Of a stretch of 64,000 bases of DNA, positions 37,997-45,983 are shown piece after piece. Position 1 is the first letter of the stretch. Every line of letters starts with the position of its first letter. The notes under the pieces are model-generated. The model did no database searches. It was not told the origin of the DNA and saw only the letters and a program-made list of their open reading frames with translations. The position numbers and the translations under genes were made by a program. This DNA comes from a phage: assembly GCA_018175075.1 (NCBI GenBank), contig GCA_018175075.1_4100.1; one strand, given 5' to 3'.

Positions 37997-38182
37997 ATGC
38001 ATAGAGAATACTACACACAATTTGTTAAAGGGAACTACAAACATGCCGTACCCAGAACCCCTTTAAATTCTCATGACCCAAGTACTATATTCTTGTTTAA
38101 TGACGCAATACGTACAGTACTCAATACTAAAGATGAAGATGTGCAGTACGTATTCTTACTATTACTTATATACAGACACTAA
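37997..38182 (+). CDS. tandem family 1 small protein
   Basis: MHREYYTQFV...LLLIYRH. Confidence 0.55.
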   Translation: MHREYYTQFVKGNYKHAVPRTPLNSHDPSTIFLFNDAIRTVLNTKDEDVQYVFLLLLIYRH

Positions 38183-38187
38183 CTAAT

Positions 38188-38397
38188 ATGAATAAAGAAC
38201 ATAAAGAATTCTACTCCAAATACATAAGCCCCTCAGAACAAATGTTTCTAAGAACTACTCCACCTTTAAGTACTAATACATTTTTCGGCAGAGTATGCTA
38301 CAATAATTGTATTCAAATGACTTTAAACGCAAACGAAGATGGTAACAGTACTAACCTGTACTCAGGTATCATAGGTATACTATTCCTGTATGAATAA
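38188..38397 (+). CDS. tandem family 1 small protein
   Basis: near-duplicate of 34803 gene. Confidence 0.55.
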   Translation: MNKEHKEFYSKYISPSEQMFLRTTPPLSTNTFFGRVCYNNCIQMTLNANEDGNSTNLYSGIIGILFLYE

Positions 38398-38581
38398 TTA
38401 CAAAGACTTCTATTTGAATACACTACCTACTGTACTTTCTCTAAGTGCTCAATGTAAAATCCCGCTGGATAATGCTTACGCCAGATATAGCTATTCCATA
38501 ACTGTTAATCGATGTATAGAGAATCATTGCAGTACTAACACTAGTACTATCATATTAATTAATAGAGAATACTATGTATAA
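38390..38581 (+). CDS. tandem family 1 small protein
   Basis: MNNYKDFYLNTLP; related to 35005 gene. Confidence 0.5.
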   Translation: MNNYKDFYLNTLPTVLSLSAQCKIPLDNAYARYSYSITVNRCIENHCSTNTSTIILINREYYV

Positions 38582-38765
38582 AAACTTCTATATAAGTAAA
38601 CTAAAAGAAAATGAACAAGTATGGATTAGATCTATAATTCCACTGGCATTTAATAGATATGCATTTAACAGATGTACCGAGATTGCTATAGACCCTTATA
38701 ATATTAAAGAGAATGTACAGTATAATCAGTACTACTATATCTTAATGCTTATATATAGAAAGTAA
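38574..38765 (+). CDS. tandem family 1 small protein
   Basis: MYKNFYISKL...LMLIYRK; last member. Confidence 0.5.
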   Translation: MYKNFYISKLKENEQVWIRSIIPLAFNRYAFNRCTEIAIDPYNIKENVQYNQYYYILMLIYRK

Positions 38766-39403
38766 TTAAACACATAGAGACAGGGGAAGCTCCTAGTGAA
38801 CAACCTTTATGTACAGGCGAATTGTTAAAATTCAGCCTGGACAAATGCGATCACTAGGATTCTCCCCAGGCTAAACCCCGTAATCATAGGTAGTCATAAG
38901 TAATCATATATAAACATTTATATGAGCACCGTAGAATCACAGAATGATTATATATGATTCAGTACTGATTAGTATAGACAAGATTGCTCAAGAATGCACG
39001 GAAATGTGTGTGAATGATTCAGTACTGATATCCCACTAAGTAGGCAGAGGAAGTCTGCCGTACTTTGTAGTTTCCAAGCTCCTTTTCCATTTTGCAAATT
39101 ACATCAAATGTAATCAAAAGTAATCACACAATGATTAGTACTGAATTATTACTTTCACCTTAATTACAATTACCCTTTTACCCTTCGGGGTAAAATTCCA
39201 TTACCCCTTGAGGCTCCAGCAAAAAGTTGGTTAGTACTCCATCCTAAATCTCGATCCTAAAAATTTTGGAGTACCTATGAAATAAAAGTTGGATCTTCGA
39301 AAGTTGAAATTTACGTTGGGACGTTTATGATTTGTGGGATATAATGATGTTTGTAGTCGGGTAGTTCTCAAGAATATCAGTACTGAATGATGAAAGAAAG
39401 CTA

Positions 39404-39431
39404 TTGACTTTATGATTCAGTACTGTATAAT
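39404..39431 (+). promoter_or_regulatory. sigma70-like promoter with no ORF downstream (possible ncRNA promoter)
   Basis: TTGACT, 16 nt, TATAAT then GTTTTACAT; followed by about 110 nt non-coding and a T-tract. Confidence 0.4.
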
Positions 39432-39756
39432 GTTTTACATAGAGAGATGAGTTGCCGCAAACAATTCATTCACTCTACTTCCTGTCGTGAGACAGTACAG
39501 AAAGATAGTTCCTCCTATGGGTGGTACATCTTTTAGAACCTCTTTTTTCGTAATATGAACAGTACTGATATTAACAGAATGGTGTCAGTACTGATTTTAA
39601 TTTAATGCATTATGCCACCAGCACAAGCTGGTGGATTCCCTCTAACAGTATTCAGTACTACATGATGGTCTTCATCCTCCTAGGGTAACATAGTGAGGGC
39701 TATGATGGCAGTACTGAATACTCCCTTTCAAAAGATAGATCTATGGTATAGTACTG

Positions 39757-39950
39757 ACGGATTTTGGGCGTAGTTACCCTGGATGGATTTTGGGCGTAGA
39801 TATGTCTAGCCCTCCAGAAGTCTGGAAGTAAAGATGGCTATCCATCTAGACGGCTAAACGGCTAGATTTCTGGATGGCTGGATGGCTAGACGTTTGGACG
39901 GCTAAACGGCTAGATGGTTACACGTCTGGAAGTATAGACGGCTAAATCAA
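39757..39950. repeat. iteron-like short repeat cluster
   Basis: GGATTTTGGGCGTAG twice; at least 7 copies of (A/G)ACGGCTA/GATGGCTA within about 110 bp; TCTGGAAG three times. Confidence 0.55.
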
Positions 39951-40127
39951 AATTTTATTTTGTTTTTTCCAATAGTTCCCCTACCGCGTGGGGATAGTTT
40001 CCCCGCAGTATCTGGTGTTAGATTTTTCTGAATCTGGAATCATTATCTTATAAACTGGGGGCAATGTCAACGGCCTGGACGGATATTTTTAAAAATTTTT
40101 TCAGTACTGAATTTTGGGCGTAACTAT

Positions 40128-40141
40128 GCACCCGGTGGGCT
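40128..40141 (-). repeat. AGCCCACCGGGTGC element, inverted copy
   Basis: GCACCCGGTGGGCT is the reverse complement of the intergenic element found in forward orientation at 49540, 53530, 59062. Confidence 0.45.
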
Positions 40142-40561
40142 GGAGTCTTTCTCGACTTGATGGAACTATTATACAGTACTGGAAAAATAAAGCAATACCC
40201 TGGATGAAAAAAGTTTTAATTAATTTGCTTGCCATCCTGGGCCGGACTATGGTACTATAATTCAGTACTGAGAAAGTGCGTTAACCTGCTAGGGTGCGGG
40301 AGTGTATCCTTTTTTTATATCTTGAATTTTGGGCGTAATTCCGCACCCTCTGGGGTTTCCGCTTTCTCGCGTCTATGTAGTAATTATACGCTTTTTCAGG
40401 ATCAAGTCAATACCTAAAAACAAATAATTGAAAATAATTTAACGCGTTTAAACGGCCCGTAACGCCCTGGAATGATTAGAATGGTGCAAATGTATAGCTT
40501 AGGTGTATTAATGCGTTAGAATGCGTCTGAGGCCGTTTTATGGGGTGTAGTAGTGATTTGG

Positions 40562-40653
40562 TTGATTCAGTACTGAATAATAGTACTCCTATATAGAAAG
40601 ATAGTTCCCCTGGATTGATTCAGTACTGAATAATAGTACTCCTATATAGAAAG
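40562..40653. repeat. 37 bp direct repeat, two copies
   Basis: GATTCAGTACTGAATAATAGTACTCCTATATAGAAAG at 40564-40600 and 40617-40653. Confidence 0.6.
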
Positions 40654-40685
40654 AAAACTATTTTAAAAGTACATGTAGAAAGTAC

Positions 40686-40745
40686 TTGCACCGTACTGAT
40701 AAAAGCGTATAATGTTTTACATCGAGAGCGGGAACACTTCCCGCT
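40686..40745 (+). promoter_or_regulatory. class-I early promoter plus leader hairpin
   Basis: TTGCAC, 16 nt, TATAAT, GTTTTACATC, then AGCGGGAA-CAC-TTCCCGCT. Confidence 0.6.
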
Positions 40746-40768
40746 ACACTTTAAAAGAGATGAAAACG

Positions 40769-41131
40769 ATGGCGACTCAAATCAATAAAATCATGCTTAA
40801 CCTGGTAAACTTCCGCGATGAGATGAAAGGTCTTCCGGCTGAAACTGTAAAAATTCACATTGCAGCTTATCGGGAACTTATTGCAATGTTGCCGCTTAAG
40901 CGTGAACAATACGCCGCTACTTTGATGCTGGATTCAATGATCCATGTAATGATCTCAAATGATTTAACGATGGTTTATCAGTACATGGGAGAAAATTTCG
41001 CGGTGTGTAGTAAGCCAGTACCAGGGATGGCAACTACTGAGGAATTGCACGGTTTAAATTTAAAGCAAGATGCATGGGATAATATGCCTCGTTTCCTGGT
41101 ATGGGCTGACAGTGGCAAAATTTACAAATAA
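40769..41131 (+). CDS. hypothetical protein, 120 aa
   Basis: ATG after leader hairpin with AAAGAG RBS; alternative start 40760; track start 40712 lies in the -10 box. Confidence 0.55.
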   Translation: MATQINKIMLNLVNFRDEMKGLPAETVKIHIAAYRELIAMLPLKREQYAATLMLDSMIHVMISNDLTMVYQYMGENFAVCSKPVPGMATTEELHGLNLKQDAWDNMPRFLVWADSGKIYK

Positions 41132-41145
41132 GTTTAATAAAGTAC

Positions 41146-41202
41146 TTGCAAACTATGTTTAATGGCGTATAATGTTTTACATCAGGTGGGGAATAGTTCC
41201 CC
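41146..41202 (+). promoter_or_regulatory. class-I early promoter plus leader hairpin
   Basis: TTGCAA, 16 nt, TATAAT, then GGGGAA-TAG-TTCCCC. Confidence 0.6.
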
Positions 41203-41224
41203 ACTATATAAGAGGATTAAAAAA

Positions 41225-41464
41225 ATGGCTAAATCAAAAATGTTCTTAGGTCACAAAAACAAAACTCATTGGAATGTAAGCCTGTGGATTAATAACGATG
41301 AGGGATTGTATCGGTTGGCCCTGGATTTTATTAACGACAACACTAATCGCAATGATGCGGCCCGTCATATGATGTTATTTTTAGAACAGACTGGACAAGA
41401 TAAAACACCGGACGGATTCAAATATAGCACTACTGCGATCCGTGCGGCGATGGTTGGAATGTAA
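41225..41464 (+). CDS. hypothetical protein, 79 aa (paralog of 43265 gene)
   Basis: AAGAGGA RBS; shares GHKNKTHWNVSLWINN...PDGFKYSTTAIRAAMVGM. Confidence 0.65.
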   Translation: MAKSKMFLGHKNKTHWNVSLWINNDEGLYRLALDFINDNTNRNDAARHMMLFLEQTGQDKTPDGFKYSTTAIRAAMVGM

Positions 41465-41511
41465 TAGAATAGAATTTATTTAAAGTACTATCGCAAAAAA
41501 TGATAGTACTT

Positions 41512-41517
41512 TATAAT
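41512..41517 (+). promoter_or_regulatory. possible -10 element (weak -35)
   Basis: TATAAT 37 nt upstream of ATG 41555. Confidence 0.3.
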
Positions 41518-41554
41518 AGTGTTTTATTCATACACCAACGATAAGGGCAACAGC

Positions 41555-41818
41555 ATGAATATTAAGTATTTTGCGACGCGTGAACAAGCTCGGATCGCTG
41601 CACGCCAGGACGGGGCAACGTTTAAAGATATGGGCGTACAATCGGAACGTGGTAAACGTTGGGCCATTGTAAAGCGTAGTACCGCCAGATCATTACAGTA
41701 CTGGTTAGCGGCCTTAAAAAGTCCCGATAGTGTATCGCGTCGAGTGGTAGAAATAAAGCTCGACCGAAAGGGCAACCGCGTGACCGTGTACCGTACTAAA
41801 AAGATTGCAGTACTATAA
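41555..41818 (+). CDS. hypothetical protein, 87 aa (paralog of 54831 gene)
   Basis: AAGGG RBS; shares FATREQARIAARQDGA and DRKGNRVTVY. Confidence 0.6.
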   Translation: MNIKYFATREQARIAARQDGATFKDMGVQSERGKRWAIVKRSTARSLQYWLAALKSPDSVSRRVVEIKLDRKGNRVTVYRTKKIAVL

Positions 41819-41826
41819 AAAAGTAC

Positions 41827-41886
41827 TTGCAAACTCTGTTTAATGGCGTATAATGTTTTACATCGAGAGCGGGAACACTTCCCGCC
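41827..41886 (+). promoter_or_regulatory. class-I early promoter plus leader hairpin
   Basis: TTGCAA, 16 nt, TATAAT, then AGCGGGAACACTTCCCGC. Confidence 0.6.
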
Positions 41887-41906
41887 TATAACCTGGAGTA
41901 ATAAAA

Positions 41907-42137
41907 ATGACTAATATGTATATGACTGAAGTTAAAACCGTAAAAGATACTACCACAAATAAAGTTACTTACTTACAGCGGATCTGTGGTGTATGGCAAC
42001 GTATCAGCAAATCAAAGTACTATAAATTAACATCATATGCAAACCGTTCTGATTCATTCAGTACTGAAATAAAAGGTAATAAAGTACACCAATACGGCAC
42101 TTATTATTATTACAGCCTGGACGCGATTGCAGTATAA
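41907..42137 (+). CDS. hypothetical protein, 76 aa
   Basis: ATG with GGAG RBS. Confidence 0.55.
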   Translation: MTNMYMTEVKTVKDTTTNKVTYLQRICGVWQRISKSKYYKLTSYANRSDSFSTEIKGNKVHQYGTYYYYSLDAIAV

Positions 42138-42167
42138 GCAGTTTACAAATCTTTACAATTGCCGGTA

Positions 42168-42196
42168 TTGACTTATTTTGTCAGTACTGGCATAAT
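42168..42196 (+). promoter_or_regulatory. sigma70-like promoter with no ORF downstream
   Basis: TTGACT, 17 nt, CATAAT; downstream is repeat element, not coding. Confidence 0.4.
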
Positions 42197-42219
42197 GTAT
42201 TCATTGGCAGATAAGCCGT

Positions 42220-42247
42220 AGCCCATAGGGTGCGGGAGTGTATCTAT
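42220..42247 (+). repeat. AGCCCA(N)AGGGTGC element, forward copy
   Basis: AGCCCATAGGGTGCGGGAGTGTATCTAT; inverted partner GCACCCGGTGGG at 42279-42290. Confidence 0.45.
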
Positions 42248-42384
42248 AGAAAAATTAGTTTAGTATAGTTACAATTGTGCACCCGGTGGGTTAGCTGTTG
42301 TCATGGGGTATATTATGCCAGTACTGGATAGTGCTGTCAATACTTTTTTAATATTCAGTACTGAAAACTATTTTTAAAAAGTAC

Positions 42385-42412
42385 TTGCAAACTATGTTTA
42401 AAGGCGTATAAT
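42385..42412 (+). promoter_or_regulatory. class-I early promoter driving candidate ncRNA
   Basis: TTGCAA, 16 nt, TATAAT, GTTTTACATC. Confidence 0.55.
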
Positions 42413-42418
42413 GTTTTA

Positions 42419-42502
42419 CATCAGGACGGGGAACGAAATAAGTAACTTCCCGTTAAGTAGCCCAGGAGTAAGGCACACGAAAAACTCCCCTGATAAAATA
42501 GT
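42419..42502 (+). ncRNA. candidate structured RNA, copy 1
   Basis: about 80 nt without ATG; internal hairpin CGGGGAA...TTCCCG and terminal ATCAGG...CCTGAT pairing; near-identical copy at 53635. Confidence 0.4.
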
Positions 42503-42530
42503 TTGACAATTGTTTTTAAAAGCGTATAAT
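42503..42530 (+). promoter_or_regulatory. sigma70-like promoter
   Basis: TTGACA, 16 nt, TATAAT. Confidence 0.55.
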
Positions 42531-42562
42531 ACTTACATCAACTACTGAATGAGGGTTACAAA

Positions 42563-43174
42563 ATGAAAACTATCACTACTACTACTTTCGTTATGGATTT
42601 TTCTGAATTGAACGCAGAACAAAAAACGTCAGCTATCGAACTGGTTCGGGAACGTGAAAAAAACTCAAACGACAATTATTTTTCTGAAAGTGAAATTGAA
42701 TACTATAAAGAAACAGTACTACCGGAATATGGCATTAATGACGCTGAAATACAATTCAGTGGCTTTTGGTCCCAGGGTGACGGTGCATCAATCAGTACTG
42801 ACCACGTTGACGCAGTGAAGTTTTTACGCAAGGTAAGAGCATTAACTAAGTATCGCTCAATCCGTCACCTGCTGAATGAAGATGATTTGGCGATGAGTGT
42901 AAAGCGTTCGCACTCCCACTACTCGCATGAGAATACTGTAAGCGGGTACATTGAATCGGCTTACACTGATTTAACCGCAAAACAAGAAACGTTAGTTAAT
43001 GAGCTTGAGGAACTACTCACTGAAACTATTCGTGAATTGTCCCGCAAGTTGTACCGTGATTTAGAGAATGCATATGAGGATCAATTCACCACTGAAAACA
43101 TTACGGCACTGATTGAGGGTAACGAATATCAATTCAATGTTATTGATGGCGTAGTAGAATCAATCGAATATTAA
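42563..43174 (+). CDS. hypothetical acidic protein, 203 aa
   Basis: GAGGG RBS; acidic; WSQGDGASI and HSHYSHEN motifs. Confidence 0.55.
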   Translation: MKTITTTTFVMDFSELNAEQKTSAIELVREREKNSNDNYFSESEIEYYKETVLPEYGINDAEIQFSGFWSQGDGASISTDHVDAVKFLRKVRALTKYRSIRHLLNEDDLAMSVKRSHSHYSHENTVSGYIESAYTDLTAKQETLVNELEELLTETIRELSRKLYRDLENAYEDQFTTENITALIEGNEYQFNVIDGVVESIEY

Positions 43175-43186
43175 TTTAAAAAGTAC

Positions 43187-43246
43187 TTGCAAACTAAGTT
43201 TAAAAGCGTATAATACTTTATATCGAGGCGGGGAATGGTTCCCCGC
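43187..43246 (+). promoter_or_regulatory. class-I early promoter plus leader hairpin
   Basis: TTGCAA, 16 nt, TATAAT, then GCGGGGAATGGTTCCCCGC. Confidence 0.6.
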
Positions 43247-43264
43247 TCAAACGAGGATTTAAAA

Positions 43265-43504
43265 ATGGCTAGTACTAAAACTTACAACGGTCACAAAAAC
43301 AAAACTCATTGGAATGTAAGCCTTTGGATTAATAACGGTGAGTCATTGTATCGGCTTGCTCAAAGTTGCATCGCACAAAGTAGAACTAAAGATATTGCTG
43401 CGGAATGTATGTACCGCAGATTAAAAGCCAACGGTACTACTACAACGCCGGACGGCTTTAAGTATAGCACTACTGCGATCCGTGCTGCAATGGTTGGAAT
43501 GTAA
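43265..43504 (+). CDS. hypothetical protein, 79 aa (paralog of 41225 gene)
   Basis: GAGGA RBS; conserved C-terminus. Confidence 0.65.
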   Translation: MASTKTYNGHKNKTHWNVSLWINNGESLYRLAQSCIAQSRTKDIAAECMYRRLKANGTTTTPDGFKYSTTAIRAAMVGM

Positions 43505-43517
43505 TATTCAGTACTGA

Positions 43518-43546
43518 GATAATGGCGGGGAATGGTTCCCGCCTTT
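43518..43546 (+). promoter_or_regulatory. degenerate promoter/leader hairpin, may act as terminator
   Basis: GATAAT then GGCGGGGAATGGTTCCCGCC hairpin and TTT. Confidence 0.4.
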
Positions 43547-43561
43547 ACTGAGGGTTATCTA

Positions 43562-43849
43562 ATGAGTAAAGTAATAAAGTACAATGTGTTAAGTAAATCA
43601 TTGTCTATCAGTGAATGCACCGATGGTTTTTGGATGTACGATGAAACGCGTGGCATGAATTTAGCTATGCGTGCAAAAACTGCTGAGGCGGCGTATATTC
43701 AAGCACTGGAATACTACCAGGAACGTTTAAAGGAAGTAGAAGAAGATTATAAAAGCCTCAAAGCGAAAGTAGATCATTTCGTCGGTCAATTCGTGGAAGA
43801 CAACGACGAGGACGGGCACTACTGCGACCGTTGCGGATCTTACAGTTAA
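43562..43849 (+). CDS. hypothetical protein, 95 aa
   Basis: ATG with GAGGG RBS; C-terminal CDRCG. Confidence 0.5.
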   Translation: MSKVIKYNVLSKSLSISECTDGFWMYDETRGMNLAMRAKTAEAAYIQALEYYQERLKEVEEDYKSLKAKVDHFVGQFVEDNDEDGHYCDRCGSYS

Positions 43850-43866
43850 GTACTAAGGATTATATA

Positions 43867-44079
43867 ATGAGTGATTTAATTGAACGTATCAAAGAGCTTG
43901 AAGAAAAAGAATTGCAGTTGATCGGGTTACGGAATAAAGTATTCCATGATTTAGGTGGCTTTATTAATGCCTGGGATAGTGGCGATCCTGATGCGTTACC
44001 TGCTAACCGCCAGGCGATGATCAATGATGTGCGTGGTGTCTTTGAGTATGTTTTAAAAGTACTAGACACTAAGCAATAA
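43867..44079 (+). CDS. hypothetical protein, 70 aa
   Basis: ATG with AAGGA RBS. Confidence 0.5.
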   Translation: MSDLIERIKELEEKELQLIGLRNKVFHDLGGFINAWDSGDPDALPANRQAMINDVRGVFEYVLKVLDTKQ

Positions 44080-44090
44080 AGGCGTATAAT
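44063..44090 (+). promoter_or_regulatory. possible promoter
   Basis: TAGACA, 16 nt, TATAAT overlapping 3' end of upstream gene. Confidence 0.3.
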
Positions 44091-44140
44091 ACTTTATATT
44101 GGTACTGACAAACATTATAAGCGATTCAGGAGCTTTAATC

Positions 44141-44326
44141 ATGACAACATTATCTGAGGTTATCCGCGTTCAAGCTGCAAAGGCTGGAATGACTGTTATC
44201 AATGTAGGGATCAAGATTGAGATCTCCCCTAACGAGTTGCAAGGGATTCCCGATCCTACTAGCTGGGATCGTGCTGGGCGAATGATGCGTAATGCTTCAT
44301 TACTGGACGGTACAAAATTTAATTAA
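44141..44326 (+). CDS. hypothetical protein, 61 aa
   Basis: ATG with AGGAG RBS. Confidence 0.5.
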   Translation: MTTLSEVIRVQAAKAGMTVINVGIKIEISPNELQGIPDPTSWDRAGRMMRNASLLDGTKFN

Positions 44327-44333
44327 AAAGTAC

Positions 44334-44392
44334 TTGCAATTAGTTTTTAGTACTGTATAATGGTTTACATCAAAGGGAGAAATGGTTCTCCC
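44334..44392 (+). promoter_or_regulatory. class-I early promoter plus leader hairpin
   Basis: TTGCAA, 16 nt, TATAAT, then GGGAGAAATGGTTCTCCC. Confidence 0.6.
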
Positions 44393-44411
44393 TGGTAATG
44401 AGGAAAATAAA

Positions 44412-44633
44412 ATGGCTAATATCACTACTCTTTCCCAACTGGAAGCACTGGTTAAATCTATGCGGGAACATGCCGACAAAATCGGCGTACAAGATCCAGC
44501 CGTTTGCTTCTGCGACGAAATGAATGATGATACACTGGTAATAGCAGAAGTCCAGGACGTTTCTAACTATTCCTCGCGTTACACTGGCGGCGTAGCAAAT
44601 AAAGGTGACTTCTGTTTATACCTTACAAAATAA
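44412..44633 (+). CDS. hypothetical protein, 73 aa
   Basis: ATG with GAGGAAA RBS. Confidence 0.55.
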   Translation: MANITTLSQLEALVKSMREHADKIGVQDPAVCFCDEMNDDTLVIAEVQDVSNYSSRYTGGVANKGDFCLYLTK

Positions 44634-44637
44634 CAAC

Positions 44638-44668
44638 GCGGGGAGATAATAACTCCCCGTTACTTTTT
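44638..44668 (+). terminator. rho-independent terminator
   Basis: CGCGGGGAG...CTCCCCG hairpin then TTTTT. Confidence 0.6.
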
Positions 44669-44699
44669 CAGTACTGAATCATTTAATAGACGGATCTCG

Positions 44700-44711
44700 G
44701 CACCCGGTGGG
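44700..44711 (-). repeat. AGCCCACCGGGTGC element, inverted copy
   Basis: GCACCCGGTGGG. Confidence 0.4.
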
Positions 44712-44801
44712 TTAGTGACTGTTTCGTCTTGATGTAGTAATTATGCCAGTACTGGATGCACTTGTCAACAACTATTTTTCAAATACTTTTTATTAAAATA
44801 C

Positions 44802-44856
44802 TTGCAATTAGTTTTTAAACGCGTATAATGTTTTGCATAGGGGGAGCGGTTCCCCT
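44802..44856 (+). promoter_or_regulatory. class-I early promoter plus leader hairpin
   Basis: TTGCAA, 16 nt, TATAAT, then GGGGAGCGGTTCCCC. Confidence 0.6.
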
Positions 44857-44876
44857 GGTAACTAAGGAATAATAAA

Positions 44877-45113
44877 ATGCTTGAACAAATCAAATCAACG
44901 TCTGCGAATGTAACGGGAACGGTAGCACACTTTACTAGTGATGAATCGCGGGGCGTTCCCTATTGTGCTGTACATGTAAACACTGAGGGTAACTACTGGT
45001 TTACGGTTTACGGATCATATTCATTTGGACGGCCTGGACATCAAAAAATTCTGGATAAAGTACAGCCAACGGGTAAAAATATCACTGCTGAAATGTTTTA
45101 TAAAAAATCATAA
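44877..45113 (+). CDS. hypothetical protein, 78 aa
   Basis: ATG with AAGGAA RBS. Confidence 0.55.
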   Translation: MLEQIKSTSANVTGTVAHFTSDESRGVPYCAVHVNTEGNYWFTVYGSYSFGRPGHQKILDKVQPTGKNITAEMFYKKS

Positions 45114-45118
45114 AGTAC

Positions 45119-45178
45119 TTGATAATAGTTTTTAGTACTGTATAATATTTTACATCGCAAGGGGGGAGCGGTTCCCCC
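45119..45178 (+). promoter_or_regulatory. class-I early promoter plus leader hairpin
   Basis: TTGATA, 16 nt, TATAAT, then GGGGGAGCGGTTCCCCC. Confidence 0.55.
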
Positions 45179-45198
45179 TGGTAACTAAGGATAATCAA

Positions 45199-45498
45199 AT
45201 GAAAATTGCAATCATCGCCCTGGCTTTATCTGTTTCCTCTTTCGCTGTTAATGCGTCGTTAGATGTAAGTAGTGAAAAATTCATTCAGTGCACTGTAGCG
45301 ATGACCAATGAAAGTACTGGCGAGATTGTTTTAAAGGATTTAGAGATCCAGCCAGAAGCATTTAAAAACGGGCCGTTCCATGAAGAAGACGAAAAAGGTA
45401 GCACGACAATTTATTACGATGCAAGTACTAAACGCGGTTCGGTCACTGTTATGGATACTGAGAAAGTAACGCATTCCGGCGTTATTAATTGCCGTTGA
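45199..45498 (+). CDS. secreted protein (signal peptide), 99 aa
   Basis: AAGGA RBS; signal peptide ending VNA/S. Confidence 0.55.
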   Translation: MKIAIIALALSVSSFAVNASLDVSSEKFIQCTVAMTNESTGEIVLKDLEIQPEAFKNGPFHEEDEKGSTTIYYDASTKRGSVTVMDTEKVTHSGVINCR

Positions 45499-45519
45499 TA
45501 GATACTACGGGGTAACATC

Positions 45520-45750
45520 ATGACTAAGCGAATTGTTTTACTTAACGAAAGCAGTACTACACAACTACTTAACGCCGTGCATTATGATATTGAAACGAGC
45601 GTTAATCTTATCAGTACTGTAGTACTGTTGGACACTGGAAAGGTCGCCAATGATAAAGCGATTGCAGGTATATTAACGGATCTTGAGCCTGGTAGCAGTG
45701 CACCAATAACGTTAAATGGTAAAGTGTTTAATATTTTACTCACTGATTAA
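45520..45750 (+). CDS. hypothetical protein, 76 aa
   Basis: ATG with GGGG RBS. Confidence 0.45.
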   Translation: MTKRIVLLNESSTTQLLNAVHYDIETSVNLISTVVLLDTGKVANDKAIAGILTDLEPGSSAPITLNGKVFNILLTD

Positions 45751-45756
45751 GTACAT

Positions 45757-45778
45757 AGCCCACCTGGTGGGCTTTTTT
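45757..45778 (+). terminator. rho-independent terminator
   Basis: AGCCCACC-TGGTGGGCT hairpin then TTTTTT. Confidence 0.65.
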
Positions 45779-45832
45779 GTTTTTGTAGTATCGTAGTACT
45801 GAGATACTTTGAAAATAGTTTTAAAAAAATAG

Positions 45833-45860
45833 TTGACATTACCGCAAAAAGGCGTAGAAT
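45833..45860 (+). promoter_or_regulatory. sigma70-like promoter
   Basis: TTGACA, 16 nt, TAGAAT. Confidence 0.5.
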
Positions 45861-45866
45861 ATATTA

Positions 45867-45945
45867 CATCAAGACGGGGAGCACTAAGTAGACCGCCAGT
45901 AAGTCGAACGAAAAACTGGACACGTCGAGAAAACTTTGATACACT
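45867..45945 (+). ncRNA. candidate structured RNA, divergent copy 3 (or long 5' leader of 45984 gene)
   Basis: shares CATCARGACGGGGA, AGTAAG and ACGAAAAACT blocks with copies at 42419 and 53635; no ORF. Confidence 0.3.
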
Positions 45946-45983
45946 AATAAACGTAAACTAAACTTTAATTGAGGATTTATAAA

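Larger units (their letters stand above)
38766..40685. other. 1.9 kb non-coding repeat-rich region (candidate origin or regulatory hub)
   Basis: no credible ORF; many CAGTACTG palindromes, short iterons, direct and inverted repeats. Confidence 0.5.

Noticed and set aside
39440-39530. 29-codon ORF (MSCRKQFIH...) downstream of promoter 39404
   Set aside because: RBS-like AGAGAG is directly adjacent to the ATG (no spacer) and there is no family conservation; more likely a non-coding transcript.
38766-40700. Searched the long non-coding region for tRNA genes
   Set aside because: No canonical T-arm (GGTTCGANTCC-like) or cloverleaf could be recognised by eye; a proper tRNAscan-SE run is still needed.
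40712-40768. Track ORF starts MFYIE... at 40712, 46694 and 57756
   Set aside because: These ATGs lie inside the conserved -10 region (TATAATGTTTTACATC) and the frame runs through the leader hairpin; real starts are the RBS-preceded ATGs downstream (40769, 46751, 57810).
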